A stretch of DNA of 20,000 bases from an uncultured virus (IMG/VR IMGVR_UViG_2585428069_000013) (Duplodnaviria > Heunggongvirae > Uroviricota > Caudoviricetes), in the IMG/VR virus record IMGVR_UViG_2585428069_000013. One strand, given 5' to 3'. Every line of letters starts with the position of its first letter. Position 1 is the stretch's first letter. The notes below the pieces were generated by a model that searched no databases, was not told where the DNA came from, and worked only from the letters and a program-made list of their open reading frames with translations. The position numbers were made by a program, and so were the translations under genes. Shown here in pieces: positions 1 through 8,642 of this stretch.

Positions 1-48
1 ATTTGGAAGTTTCATTTTTATACATCTATTAGCTATCTCTATCGCCAC
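1..48 (-). CDS. 5' fragment of the next CBASS gene (by position possibly the Cap3/JAB peptidase), truncated by the window edge
   Basis: Open frame from GTG at 48 (MAIEIANRCIKMKLPN...; alternative ATG at 15) overlaps the Cap2 stop and runs off the edge. Identity is inferred only from type II CBASS gene order. Confidence 0.35.
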   Translation of the reverse strand, partial: MAIEIANRCIKMKLPN

Positions 49-1675
49 AGCATTGACACTTCCCTTCTTTAAAAGTATTTCCTTGATTAATTACAGAAGT
101 AGGCTCTATATCTATTAAACAATTATCTTCAAATTCACCCCTAAAGGTTCTCTTAACCGTATCTAATATAACACTCGTCGTTCTTAATAGAATTTCAGTA
201 CCATAAGCAACTCTTGTAGCTCCGCAGCCATTTCTAATAGTGTTTTGTGTTACTAATTCATCTGGTAATTTATTTGCGCTATTATTTACTAAATCGCCTT
301 CTTTATTGGTATATAAACATTCAAAACATCCTTTCTTTGAATAGTCAACTTTCAAAATATGGCTATTTGTTCCTCCTGCTTCAAGCCAAGAATATATTAC
401 TGGTTTATCATAGTTAAACTCTTTAAAAACAGTATTAGCCATAAGTTGGACATCACTGTTCCCTACCGTAAAAATTATCATATCAAAACCATGCATATCT
501 TTTTTTAGAATTTCTTGAGTGAGGTATTCATCTTTTTCATTTACAATAATTTCCGGATGCATTAATTCCAAATCATATTTCATAGCTATCACTTTACTGA
601 TATTACTCCATGAAAGCCTTGCTCTGTGGCGCATTATATTTGCTTCTTCTAATGTGTCTTCATCATATAAAGTTAAATTCTTTATTCCTAACTTCACCAA
701 CTCTGTTGCCAAATAGCTTCCAAGGGATCCAACACCAACTATGGCAACCTTTTTATCAACTATTGATGTATCATTTCCGATTTGTTCATTTAAAAATAAA
801 TAATCGCAACGTTTTGTTTCTACTAGTTCAATTTTTTCAATTGCATTTCCCAATTTATCCATAAGTGTTTCTGTTTTTAAATTTTTAAAATATACCAGGC
901 AGCAAAAGTTAATTCTATGATTTAAAACCATCATTTCAAATATAAGAAACGCTCTATTAGATTTTACCTTTACTTTTTTTATAGATTCATATGTCTCATG
1001 GCCTATTCGTGCTACATCTCTTCCTTTAACAATTTTCAAAATCTCATCAATTTTCCAAAGCTTATCTTTTACTGGTGGCAATATCCTTCTATTATCTGTA
1101 ATTGGAATATAGAATGCACATATATTATGTACAAAGCTCCATGCATCTTTGTCATTCAGCTTAATTCCATTTGTTACGGCTCTAAACATCTTATTTTTAT
1201 TTTGGTAAACATTCATACTTTGAAACACTCTATCCGAAGCAACATATAATCTCAAAGGAATATCATAATTTACTAGTTGATTCCAATAGTACAAAAATTC
1301 TTTTTGAAATTCTTCCTCTATTTCCAATGGTGATAAAGATAATAGATGAATAAGACGGTCTATGGTATCAATTATTTTTTCTTCGTATGACATTAAGTAA
1401 TTAATTATATCTCCTGATTCATGAAGACATACTAAACGATATTTCTGCTTATCTTTATCTATTGGAATTTCAAATTGCATTATATGCGGATAATCATATT
1501 GACTATCATTCTTTACTAAAATAAATGGTTTGCTAGTCCTTTTTTCTTCTTTTGAATACCAAATGCCATATTCCTTATCCTTGAGTTTGAAAAATACAAT
1601 ATCATCTTCTTCGCATAAAATTTGTATTTCATCATATGTAGATAGTATCTCTTTAATAATTTGATTCTCCACCAA
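29..1675 (-). CDS. cap2: CBASS Cap2-like E2-E1 (ThiF) ubiquitin-transferase-like protein
   Basis: N-terminal E2-like YPHI...VCL motif. ThiF nucleotide-binding motif VAIVGVGSLGS...YDEDTLEEANIMRH. Zn-site CFEC and CQCC, and candidate catalytic Cys in NGCGATR. Lies directly downstream of a CD-NTase. Start moved from 1720 to TTG 1675 (or GTG 1672) because of an AAGGAG RBS at about 1683-1688. Confidence 0.88.
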   Translation of the reverse strand: MVENQIIKEILSTYDEIQILCEEDDIVFFKLKDKEYGIWYSKEEKRTSKPFILVKNDSQYDYPHIMQFEIPIDKDKQKYRLVCLHESGDIINYLMSYEEKIIDTIDRLIHLLSLSPLEIEEEFQKEFLYYWNQLVNYDIPLRLYVASDRVFQSMNVYQNKNKMFRAVTNGIKLNDKDAWSFVHNICAFYIPITDNRRILPPVKDKLWKIDEILKIVKGRDVARIGHETYESIKKVKVKSNRAFLIFEMMVLNHRINFCCLVYFKNLKTETLMDKLGNAIEKIELVETKRCDYLFLNEQIGNDTSIVDKKVAIVGVGSLGSYLATELVKLGIKNLTLYDEDTLEEANIMRHRARLSWSNISKVIAMKYDLELMHPEIIVNEKDEYLTQEILKKDMHGFDMIIFTVGNSDVQLMANTVFKEFNYDKPVIYSWLEAGGTNSHILKVDYSKKGCFECLYTNKEGDLVNNSANKLPDELVTQNTIRNGCGATRVAYGTEILLRTTSVILDTVKRTFRGEFEDNCLIDIEPTSVINQGNTFKEGKCQCCGDRDS

Positions 1676-2711
1676 AATTATGCTCCTTTTTACTAGATGC
1701 GTTTGATGATGTTGATACATTTACTTGTTTTACCGGCACTTTAAATTCATCGCCAAAAACTTTTTGTACACTTAACCCTGCATCGTGTTCAGATTCTTCA
1801 TTACATGCATCAGTTAAATTTTGTAATGCCGTATTTAATTTATCATAAAATTTAACTCCATATGTATCACTGCTATCTTTCATCTTCTTAAAAACATCTG
1901 TCCACGGTGTTACAGGTAAAGATCTTGAAATATTTGCTTTTACAAGCACTCCATTTTCATATGTTAAAGAAAATTTGTTAATAATACCTTGAATTGTTTT
2001 TTGTAAGGATGATAAATCATCATCTCCTTCGGAGCTTGTACTTGCAATAAAGCAATCGCATGCAAGAAGAGTAAGTCCTATACTTGGTGGCACTTCATGA
2101 TCCAAAGTTGAATTATAATATTTCTCTAATTTCCACTTCTTAATATAGCGGATGATTCTTCTTAGTTGATTATTACCATTGATCTTACCTATAAGATAGT
2201 CATTTAGTCCTTTAGGATCTGCTGGTTCCCATGAATAATTACCTTCAGTTGCAAATTCCCTACCTCTGGCAAGATATATATTCCCATTATGCTTTGCATA
2301 CAATGGTAGATCTATATGCATCCATTCAGTTCCATTTTCAACATAGGATACATTTAAACATGGTTCTTTAATAGTAACAGATCTATTCCATAAATTTATC
2401 GCATCCCTACCATATCCTTTAATTTTTCTTGGATCACTATTTTGATCGATATCAAGTGGAAACATAACTGCAACATCTCTATCAATACTTCCACCATGAT
2501 TATTCTTAATTGTAGTATGCAACTTATAACTTCCCTGATCAAATATTTCAATATCACTCTTTTTTACTTCAATATCATGTTTTTCGCATTCCGATGGAAA
2601 ATTACTCTTAAAATTATTCTCCAAAGTTTCCCTTTTTTCTATAAGGTCTTCAACCTCTGTGTCGATTGTAATTTCTTTGTAGAAATCTTCAAACTGCTTT
2701 TTTAATTTCAT
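1653..2711 (-). CDS. cGAS/DncV-like nucleotidyltransferase (CD-NTase, CBASS cyclase)
   Basis: QGSYKLHTTIK...DRDVAV nucleotidyltransferase motif, third Asp in HIDLPLY, plus ADPKGL, LRRIIRYIKKW and PPSIGLT motifs. C-terminal HNFGG. AGGAGG RBS upstream. Clade not assigned. Confidence 0.92.
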   Translation of the reverse strand: MKLKKQFEDFYKEITIDTEVEDLIEKRETLENNFKSNFPSECEKHDIEVKKSDIEIFDQGSYKLHTTIKNNHGGSIDRDVAVMFPLDIDQNSDPRKIKGYGRDAINLWNRSVTIKEPCLNVSYVENGTEWMHIDLPLYAKHNGNIYLARGREFATEGNYSWEPADPKGLNDYLIGKINGNNQLRRIIRYIKKWKLEKYYNSTLDHEVPPSIGLTLLACDCFIASTSSEGDDDLSSLQKTIQGIINKFSLTYENGVLVKANISRSLPVTPWTDVFKKMKDSSDTYGVKFYDKLNTALQNLTDACNEESEHDAGLSVQKVFGDEFKVPVKQVNVSTSSNASSKKEHNFGGESNY

Positions 2712-3024
2712 AATGTAACTCCTCCTAACTTTTTATTACCAGTCATTTTTGTGAACGATTATTTGAATAGATAAAACAGCTACACCTATACTTGAGAAAA
2801 ATGTTTCATTTCAGATCTGGTATTCAAACTTTCACTTAATATAGAACTTATAAGTATTCTTGGCCTAAAATCATTAAAACACGACCTTTCATAATTGAAT
2901 TAAATAAAATTTTCAAGTTACACAGATAATGAACTGTTATCAATAATTTAATACCTTCTTAAACTTCCGGTTATAGACATTAGATATATTACATAATTCA
3001 TTGATTAATTTGCATATAATACAA

Positions 3025-3049
3025 ATTCTACAAATTAACCTAAATTCCT
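3025..3049 (-). promoter_or_regulatory. Putative SigH-type promoter upstream of the CBASS operon
   Basis: Minus strand AGGAATT-N11-GTAGAAT matches the Firmicute sigma-H consensus (AGGAWWW-N11/12-RNNGAAT), about 310 bp upstream of the CD-NTase ATG. Confidence 0.5.
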
Positions 3050-3089
3050 CCATACACAGCTAAATTTGTACTATTTTAATACCAAACTT

Positions 3090-3115
3090 AAAAAAGGTAG
3101 CCCCCTCGCTACCTT
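3090..3115 (-). terminator. Rho-independent terminator
   Basis: AAGGTAGC/GCTACCTT stem with a 6-nt loop, followed by a U-run on the minus strand. Separates the CBASS upstream region from read-through. Confidence 0.6.
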
Positions 3116-3243
3116 ATATAAATATTCAGTCTATTATTCTTATAATCTTATACTGGTGACACAAGATAAGAATGCTTCGTCATATTTGATTAATAGATAT
3201 GCTTAAAATTCTTCTTTATAGTATGTTGAAAATGCGGTGGTAA

Positions 3244-3552
3244 TTAATACTTTTTGATATGTTGAAAATTATTTACTTCAACATCCCCTTCTCCATGCAC
3301 TGCAATTTTAAACAAACAACACCTAATCCAAGATTGTTGTCCGACATATGGTTTTATCCGTATTTTAAGTACAAAAATGAATGAACGATAAGCATTAGGT
3401 TTCTCCACTCTTAAAATATCAATGTTCCAAGGGGCAACTGTCGGTACATCAGTTAGAAATTTTGTAAAATAATCCTCTACTGATTTCTGTATAAATGGCA
3501 TAAGTAGAGAGCAGAAAATATCTTGATATAGTTCTTACTTTGAAATTTCGAC
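3244..3552 (-). pseudogene. DUF3888-like gene remnant
   Basis: Frame extends upstream of the ORF call as VEISK*ELYQDIFCSLLMPFIQKSVEDYF...PTVAPWNIDILRVEKP...PYVG, resembling DUF3888 proteins. In-frame TAA at 3535-3537, and no signal peptide or RBS. Confidence 0.65.
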
Positions 3553-3758
3553 AGACTTTTAAATAATATTATTGATACTCCTTGTCTTTTCTTTATCAGT
3601 AATCTTTCTGTATTCTTAAAAACTTTTGTAGATTTTGCTCATGGTGCTTCAGTACCTCATCTATTTTCTTTTTTATATCACGTTTTTCTCAAAAAAAATA
3701 TGCTAATATGGAATAATCGAAAAATAAAACACTCAAAAGTACACATTTCTCTCCGTTC

Positions 3759-3956
3759 CCATTACTTACTACTTAAAAAGGACAAATATATATGATATAA
3801 TACAATTAAGCGAAAAGTAAACGATACCAATATGATAGCGTTTATTAAGCAAGGGATAATGAGAGGTCTCCTTGCTCTTTTTTTATTTCCTATATTATAC
3901 CTACCCTACTTCCATTACTTACTACTGAAAACGAATGCAGTGATATGGTATATATT
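3759..3956 (+). repeat. Duplicated promoter module (two copies, 153 bp apart)
   Basis: CCATTACTTACTACT at 3759-3773 and 3912-3926. Each is followed by nAAAA and, at the same offset, TATG(A/G)TATA (3791-3799 and 3944-3952), an extended -10-like box. Confidence 0.8.
3807..3884 (+). ncRNA. Putative small RNA 1 (about 75-80 nt)
   Basis: Downstream of TGATATAAT (3793-3801). Has a TAAACG...CGTTTA hairpin, then an AGCAAGG/CCTTGCT terminator stem with a U-run. No ORF. Confidence 0.5.
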
Positions 3957-3959
3957 ATT

Positions 3960-4035
3960 AGAAAAAACATTTCTACACATTTTTAAACACTCTTAAAACA
4001 AGGCATACTATGGGGGTAGGATGCCTTGTTTTTTT
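3960..4035 (+). ncRNA. Putative small RNA 2 (about 75 nt)
   Basis: Downstream of the second promoter copy and ends in the AAAACAAGGCAT/ATGCCTTGTTTT hairpin with a U-run. Confidence 0.4.
3995..4035. terminator. Bidirectional intrinsic terminator
   Basis: 12-bp perfect inverted repeat AAAACAAGGCAT/ATGCCTTGTTTT, just past the stop of the minus-strand SNase-like gene. Confidence 0.8.
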
Positions 4036-4047
4036 GTTTTCCTTTAG

Positions 4048-4773
4048 TTATTTTACTATATTATTAATAGCATCTTTCATTGAACTTACACCACTACTAA
4101 TGCCTTTTTTCAGTTCATCAGCAGCAGTTTCAGTTGCTTTAGGCACTTCGCTTTTTATCACATCTGAAACCTTCTTGGTAGTTGGGCTTACAGTATCTTG
4201 TATTGTTATGCTTCCCTTATCCTTAACATACTGCCAAATCCCCGCTCCTTCTTCCTTTGCATTATTTTCAACTGATAGATAATACTGGCTAGTTTGAGGA
4301 TTCTGTTTTAAATCATGAGCTGTGATAGCAACAGCAAGTCCAGTACGTAACAAGCCACCACCAAATAAAATGTGTTTTATATAAATATAAGCTGCTATTT
4401 TGCCATACTCCCTTATCTGAGGACTATATTTCTCTTCATAGTAATAGAGTTCTACCACCTGCCCCTGTAATTCAGCTTTAGTTAATTCCATAGCCTTATC
4501 CTTCATTTCTACAGGTATATATAACCCTAATAAACTAACAGTTTCAACCTTATCCCCTGTTCTCACTATAAGAGTGCTGCCATCCAAGACCTTCTCTACT
4601 GTTCCACTTATAGATGCCATTCCTTCTGTTCCTTTAATATCAGATATAAGATTATTGGGAGGCTTGGGAGTTCTGCTTATGAAATAATAACAACTGGATA
4701 TAAAAACACAAAAAATTAAGTATACTAATACATTTATCTTCTTTTGCGTCTTAGTTATCTTATGCTTTATCAT
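4048..4773 (-). CDS. Membrane-anchored thermonuclease (SNase)-fold protein with a degenerate active site
   Basis: N-terminal TM helix. VEKVLDGSTLIV...VSLLGLYIP...YGKIAAYIY...LLRTGLA...AKEEGAGIW follows the SNase pattern but catalytic positions are substituted. Confidence 0.8.
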   Translation of the reverse strand: MIKHKITKTQKKINVLVYLIFCVFISSCYYFISRTPKPPNNLISDIKGTEGMASISGTVEKVLDGSTLIVRTGDKVETVSLLGLYIPVEMKDKAMELTKAELQGQVVELYYYEEKYSPQIREYGKIAAYIYIKHILFGGGLLRTGLAVAITAHDLKQNPQTSQYYLSVENNAKEEGAGIWQYVKDKGSITIQDTVSPTTKKVSDVIKSEVPKATETAADELKKGISSGVSSMKDAINNIVK

Positions 4774-4870
4774 TATTTACCTCACATCAATAATTTTAAA
4801 TCTAGAAATTAGTTGAATCTCCTCCACCACCAAAACTATCACAACTACTATAGCTAAAATATGAATAGTG

Positions 4871-6286
4871 TTACTTTCTCCTTATTTCTTTATTCAATGC
4901 TTGATAAATGTACTCATAAGCCTCTAATTTTAGGTCACTTAGGTTATCTACATTAAAGTATTTTAATATCAAGCCCTCATACATTCCTCTATCTCCCTTG
5001 CCTTTAATGTCAAGTTCATCTATTAAAGCTCTTAAAGAGATTATTTCAAGATGACTAACCTTTCTGCTCTCCTTATCATCAGATGAATACTTTTCAAAAC
5101 AGGAAATCAACCGGTCATTACCTATAAAAACAGCCTGCTGCAATATCTTCTCTAAGTTCACCTGTTTATCTATGCAATCAAAGTATCTTAACTTGTTATA
5201 AACTTCCATATAATTTTGAATTATTTTATCAGCACATAACTTTACTGGATATGGCTTAGCTCCTTGGTTATGTGCATTTAAAATATTTTCAATTACTCCC
5301 CAATACTTTTCATCAATCCTGGTATCAGTTTTGAAGGTAGATATATGATGATAAATATTACTTAATCTCAACACTGGCACATCAGATTGGTTGTCTATCT
5401 TTATGGCCGGATTAACAAATACAATAATAGGGTTGATGTTGATATAAGGTAAATTCACACCTTGCCTTTTCAATTCTTCATTTAATAATCTTTGTGTTAA
5501 GCCTATATGCCTGTAAGTCTGACTTGTAACATCATTTACCTCCATTACATCTCCTTCAGCACTAAGTCGGCTCCAAAGACCATCCTTGCTAACCTTAATC
5601 TTGCCTCTACGCCCTACTCCAAAATTTTTGACCTCTATGCAAAAGATTCCTCTTTCACTTATAACTAAATTATCAGATTCAACAGTATTACTCTCTACAA
5701 TTAGCCTTATATTACTTAGATTTAATAATTTATCCCTATATAGGTCCAGCTCTCTATCTACAGAGTTTTCTCCGTAAATTCCTACTTTAGCATTATAGGA
5801 TTGCTTGGCAGCCCCTTTTACTGCCCTCTCATATTCATTTATGAGTATCCCTAAGTCATTCTTTAAAACAGGAATTGTGGCATTTAGTTGAAGTCCTCTA
5901 AGGTGAGGCAATTTATTGTAATCAGCACTTTTCGCAAGGGGAGCAATCTTACTAATCTTGTTATAATATTGCTTATAAACATTGATGTTATCAGATATTC
6001 TTAATAATTTTTCTTTTTCTTCTCTGTAGAAATCCCTCTGCTCATATAAGGTTAGTCTTACTTCTTTATATTTATAATCTGCTATTGGAGTTCTCATATA
6101 GTATAAATCTGCAGTAACTTTTACAGTAGGGGCACTTTGAATTACTTGTTTGGGAACTTCTTTATCAGAAGGAGATGTATTCGGTTTTTCCGCTTCTTCT
6201 TTGTATATATTTATCTGCAGAGCTGATGGCACGTTTTTAACTTCCCTCTTGAACGCTTTGAATAAATCCTTAAAGCCCAAACTCAT
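4871..6286 (-). CDS. NERD-domain (PD-(D/E)xK) nuclease-related protein
   Basis: GIYGENSV...ESDNLVISERGIFCIEVKN...SQTYRH...PIIVF matches the NERD pattern. GAGGGAGG RBS. Confidence 0.85.
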   Translation of the reverse strand: MSLGFKDLFKAFKREVKNVPSALQINIYKEEAEKPNTSPSDKEVPKQVIQSAPTVKVTADLYYMRTPIADYKYKEVRLTLYEQRDFYREEKEKLLRISDNINVYKQYYNKISKIAPLAKSADYNKLPHLRGLQLNATIPVLKNDLGILINEYERAVKGAAKQSYNAKVGIYGENSVDRELDLYRDKLLNLSNIRLIVESNTVESDNLVISERGIFCIEVKNFGVGRRGKIKVSKDGLWSRLSAEGDVMEVNDVTSQTYRHIGLTQRLLNEELKRQGVNLPYININPIIVFVNPAIKIDNQSDVPVLRLSNIYHHISTFKTDTRIDEKYWGVIENILNAHNQGAKPYPVKLCADKIIQNYMEVYNKLRYFDCIDKQVNLEKILQQAVFIGNDRLISCFEKYSSDDKESRKVSHLEIISLRALIDELDIKGKGDRGMYEGLILKYFNVDNLSDLKLEAYEYIYQALNKEIRRK

Positions 6287-6339
6287 ATCCTCCCTCTTAT
6301 ATAAAATTCAAGCCTCCCATTTGAGAGAGGCTGATATTA

Positions 6340-6594
6340 TTATTGCTTATTCTGATTTTTCATAGATTCCATTATTTCTGGATGTATCTGCAACATCTGA
6401 TATGTCCACTCCATTGTCTTTCTGCTTTTCTTAATCATTATAGTATCTGTAATAGCTCCTAAAACAAGACAACCCAAAATTATTAGAGTATAAGTTGGGT
6501 ATTCCATTCTTAACTTATAGGCAACAAAAGCAATGATACAATAGCATATATCCATAACAAAAACGCTTAAACTTATTTTAAATTTATTTGGCAT
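6340..6594 (-). CDS. Small two-TM membrane protein
   Basis: Two hydrophobic segments. GGGAGGG RBS supports the ATG at 6594 (MPNKF...) rather than 6609. Confidence 0.65.
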   Translation of the reverse strand: MPNKFKISLSVFVMDICYCIIAFVAYKLRMEYPTYTLIILGCLVLGAITDTIMIKKSRKTMEWTYQMLQIHPEIMESMKNQNKQ

Positions 6595-6618
6595 GATTTG
6601 CCCTCCCATTAATTAAAA

Positions 6619-6894
6619 TTAAAATCCTCCATTGTGGGGATCATTGAAGCTATTTCCGTTATGCATGTCATACCCACCACTTTCAAAAGGAGTTACACTT
6701 TTCCTTGATTTCTCCATAGACCAATCTACAAACTGTTGATGTTGTTGCCTTTCCATTTCTTCTTTAACTTGAATATCATTAATACAATTATTTGAGGAAT
6801 GATTGCCCTTTCTTGCATTTGATATAAACCCAAATATAACCACTCCACAAACTACAAAAAACATACATCAAATTAGTACAAACATAGAAAACAT
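6619..6894 (-). pseudogene. Small single-TM protein with an in-frame TGA at codon 9
   Basis: RBS GAGGGAAG precedes ATG 6894, which reads MFSMFVLI*CMFFVVCG... with TGA at 6868-6870. The listed ORF starts downstream at an ATG with no RBS. Confidence 0.6.
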
Positions 6895-6904
6895 AGCTTC
6901 CCTC

Positions 6905-7564
6905 CTAAAATTTAATTATATTTGATAAAAATTGATTTACAGTAATCGTTGATTTTAATGATACTGAAAGCACTCCTAGAACATATACTGCTAAAAGTCC
7001 ATATTCCATAAAATCATTTCCGCTCTTATATGTTATAAGAGGTATTCTAATCCTTTTGCCACCTAGAAGATAAAGAGCTAATCCGTTGCTTGTACACATA
7101 TCTAAAAGATAGTGTGAAGCTAATCCACATGCATAAGGTATAATGTATTCTTTAGGTAAACTTAAAAGATATAATGGAACTGTTAATAATAGTCCTCCTA
7201 GTATTGGATCATGGAATATTGTTCTGTGATAACTGAACATATGAAGTCCACTCCATATGCTAAATTTATAATTAACTTTACATGAAAGAATTGACATTAC
7301 TAGGATAATCCCTATGTATTTCAATACTGCTATTGGCGAAGATATTAAAATGGCTCCGGCTAATCCCTTAACAATATTTCTTTGCTTTGCACTAACGGGG
7401 AACAACCACTTATTTATTTTTGAATGTTCTTCATCTATATCTGGAATCATAGCCCCTACCAAAGCTGCTGCCACTACTATTATTGGATTGATGTTTAAGT
7501 GCATTGAATGTGTTAAAGCTACTCCTGTAACTACTCCAGCTATTGCATGGCTTTGTCCCTTCAT
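6905..7564 (-). CDS. YdjM-like membrane-bound metal-dependent hydrolase
   Basis: SHA...PDIDEEHS...HRTIFHD...SHYLLDMCT..G motif set with multiple TM segments. Confidence 0.85.
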   Translation of the reverse strand: MKGQSHAIAGVVTGVALTHSMHLNINPIIVVAAALVGAMIPDIDEEHSKINKWLFPVSAKQRNIVKGLAGAILISSPIAVLKYIGIILVMSILSCKVNYKFSIWSGLHMFSYHRTIFHDPILGGLLLTVPLYLLSLPKEYIIPYACGLASHYLLDMCTSNGLALYLLGGKRIRIPLITYKSGNDFMEYGLLAVYVLGVLSVSLKSTITVNQFLSNIIKF

Positions 7565-7620
7565 TGTAGTTCCACCTTCTTTCGTAAAATTTATTTATTT
7601 TCTTTTATATCATATATATA

Positions 7621-7649
7621 ATTATAACACAATAAATTTGTTTATTCAA
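7621..7649 (-). promoter_or_regulatory. Sigma-A promoter for the ydjM-like/NERD/SNase operon
   Basis: TTGAAT-N17-TATAAT with extended TG. Confidence 0.7.
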
Positions 7650-7790
7650 ATACATCTTTGTTATTTAAATAGTGACTATAAAAAACCGAAGTGGTTGTAC
7701 TCCCTCCCCGGTTTAAAATAAATTCATCTTACTGATATAGTTTAAAAATAGTTACTGCCTTGATGAATCACACTTGGACTTATTCTCAAA

Positions 7791-8642
7791 CTAATAAATT
7801 AAATTTGTATACTTAATTATTTTATTTTTTTCTACTGTTTCTATAAACTCATTAATAGTGTTGTAAAAATCTATTGTTTCATTAAGAAATTGCAAATAAT
7901 AAAGACCTATATATTTTCTAAAAATAATTAGATTCTCTTTTTCTTCGGAATCATCGTATTTGAGACAATCAATATACCCTATTAAATCATCACAATAAAA
8001 ATCAGAAGTCACTGTATCAATTATATCCTTACCTCCTTTAAGTTGATAAAAAGAAGATAGGTTATTAATACCGTAACTTGAAATGCAAGCACATAAATCA
8101 TCAATAGGTTTATTAAACTGCTCAATGCTATGTATTAGATTGCTTTGATTTACTTGTAAAAGATATTCTCCAACAGCCTGCTCATACTTATATTTAATTT
8201 CATAATCACTTTGACTTTCAGCATCTTTATCGTAAACATATCCATCATCAACCTCTAAGCTTTTATCAATAATGCTGAGCAATACAATAAAGTCTGGCCA
8301 TAAGAACTGAGTTTTATCACCTAGTTCCTTAAAATAATCTACATTTTTTAGAATGTCCATATGATGATAAAGTATAAATAGTATATTTTTTCGCAAATCA
8401 TAGTAGAGCGCCATGTTTAACTTTGTATTATAAAATGAATTTAGATAGTAAAAGATAATTGCTCCAGCCACTCCTATTGCAAGCTGATTAATAACATATA
8501 ATATGGATTCTGCTATATGATATGTTATATCCCCATAAAGAAACATAGGAGGTAATGTATCTAATAACATAATTATTTTATACAATGCTATTATTACAAT
8601 ACAGAATATAAATATTTTTTTAAACGACATTACTTTTTTCAT
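7791..8642 (-). CDS. Hypothetical protein, two N-terminal TM helices plus an acidic helical domain
   Basis: 283-aa ORF with AAGGGG RBS and two hydrophobic segments. No recognised motif. Confidence 0.7.
   Translation of the reverse strand: MKKVMSFKKIFIFCIVIIALYKIIMLLDTLPPMFLYGDITYHIAESILYVINQLAIGVAGAIIFYYLNSFYNTKLNMALYYDLRKNILFILYHHMDILKNVDYFKELGDKTQFLWPDFIVLLSIIDKSLEVDDGYVYDKDAESQSDYEIKYKYEQAVGEYLLQVNQSNLIHSIEQFNKPIDDLCACISSYGINNLSSFYQLKGGKDIIDTVTSDFYCDDLIGYIDCLKYDDSEEKENLIIFRKYIGLYYLQFLNETIDFYNTINEFIETVEKNKIIKYTNLIY

Noticed and set aside
519..2705. Short plus-strand ORFs (519-716, 610-864, 998-1249, 2442-2705)
   Set aside because: Antisense shadows of cap2 and the CD-NTase, with no RBS or recognisable motif.
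3759..3926. CRISPR array or iterons
   Set aside because: Only two 15-bp copies, 153 bp apart, each tied to a promoter box. No cas or rep gene nearby.
6868..6870. TGA recoding (selenocysteine or alternative genetic code)
   Set aside because: Single instance in a TM helix, no evident SECIS hairpin, and the other genes read normally in the standard code.
4010..7721. Plus-strand ORFs 4010-4282, 5586-5777, 6150-6365 and 7314-7721
   Set aside because: They overlap well-supported minus-strand genes. 4010 starts inside a terminator loop. Hydrophobicity is expected from antisense AT-rich codons.
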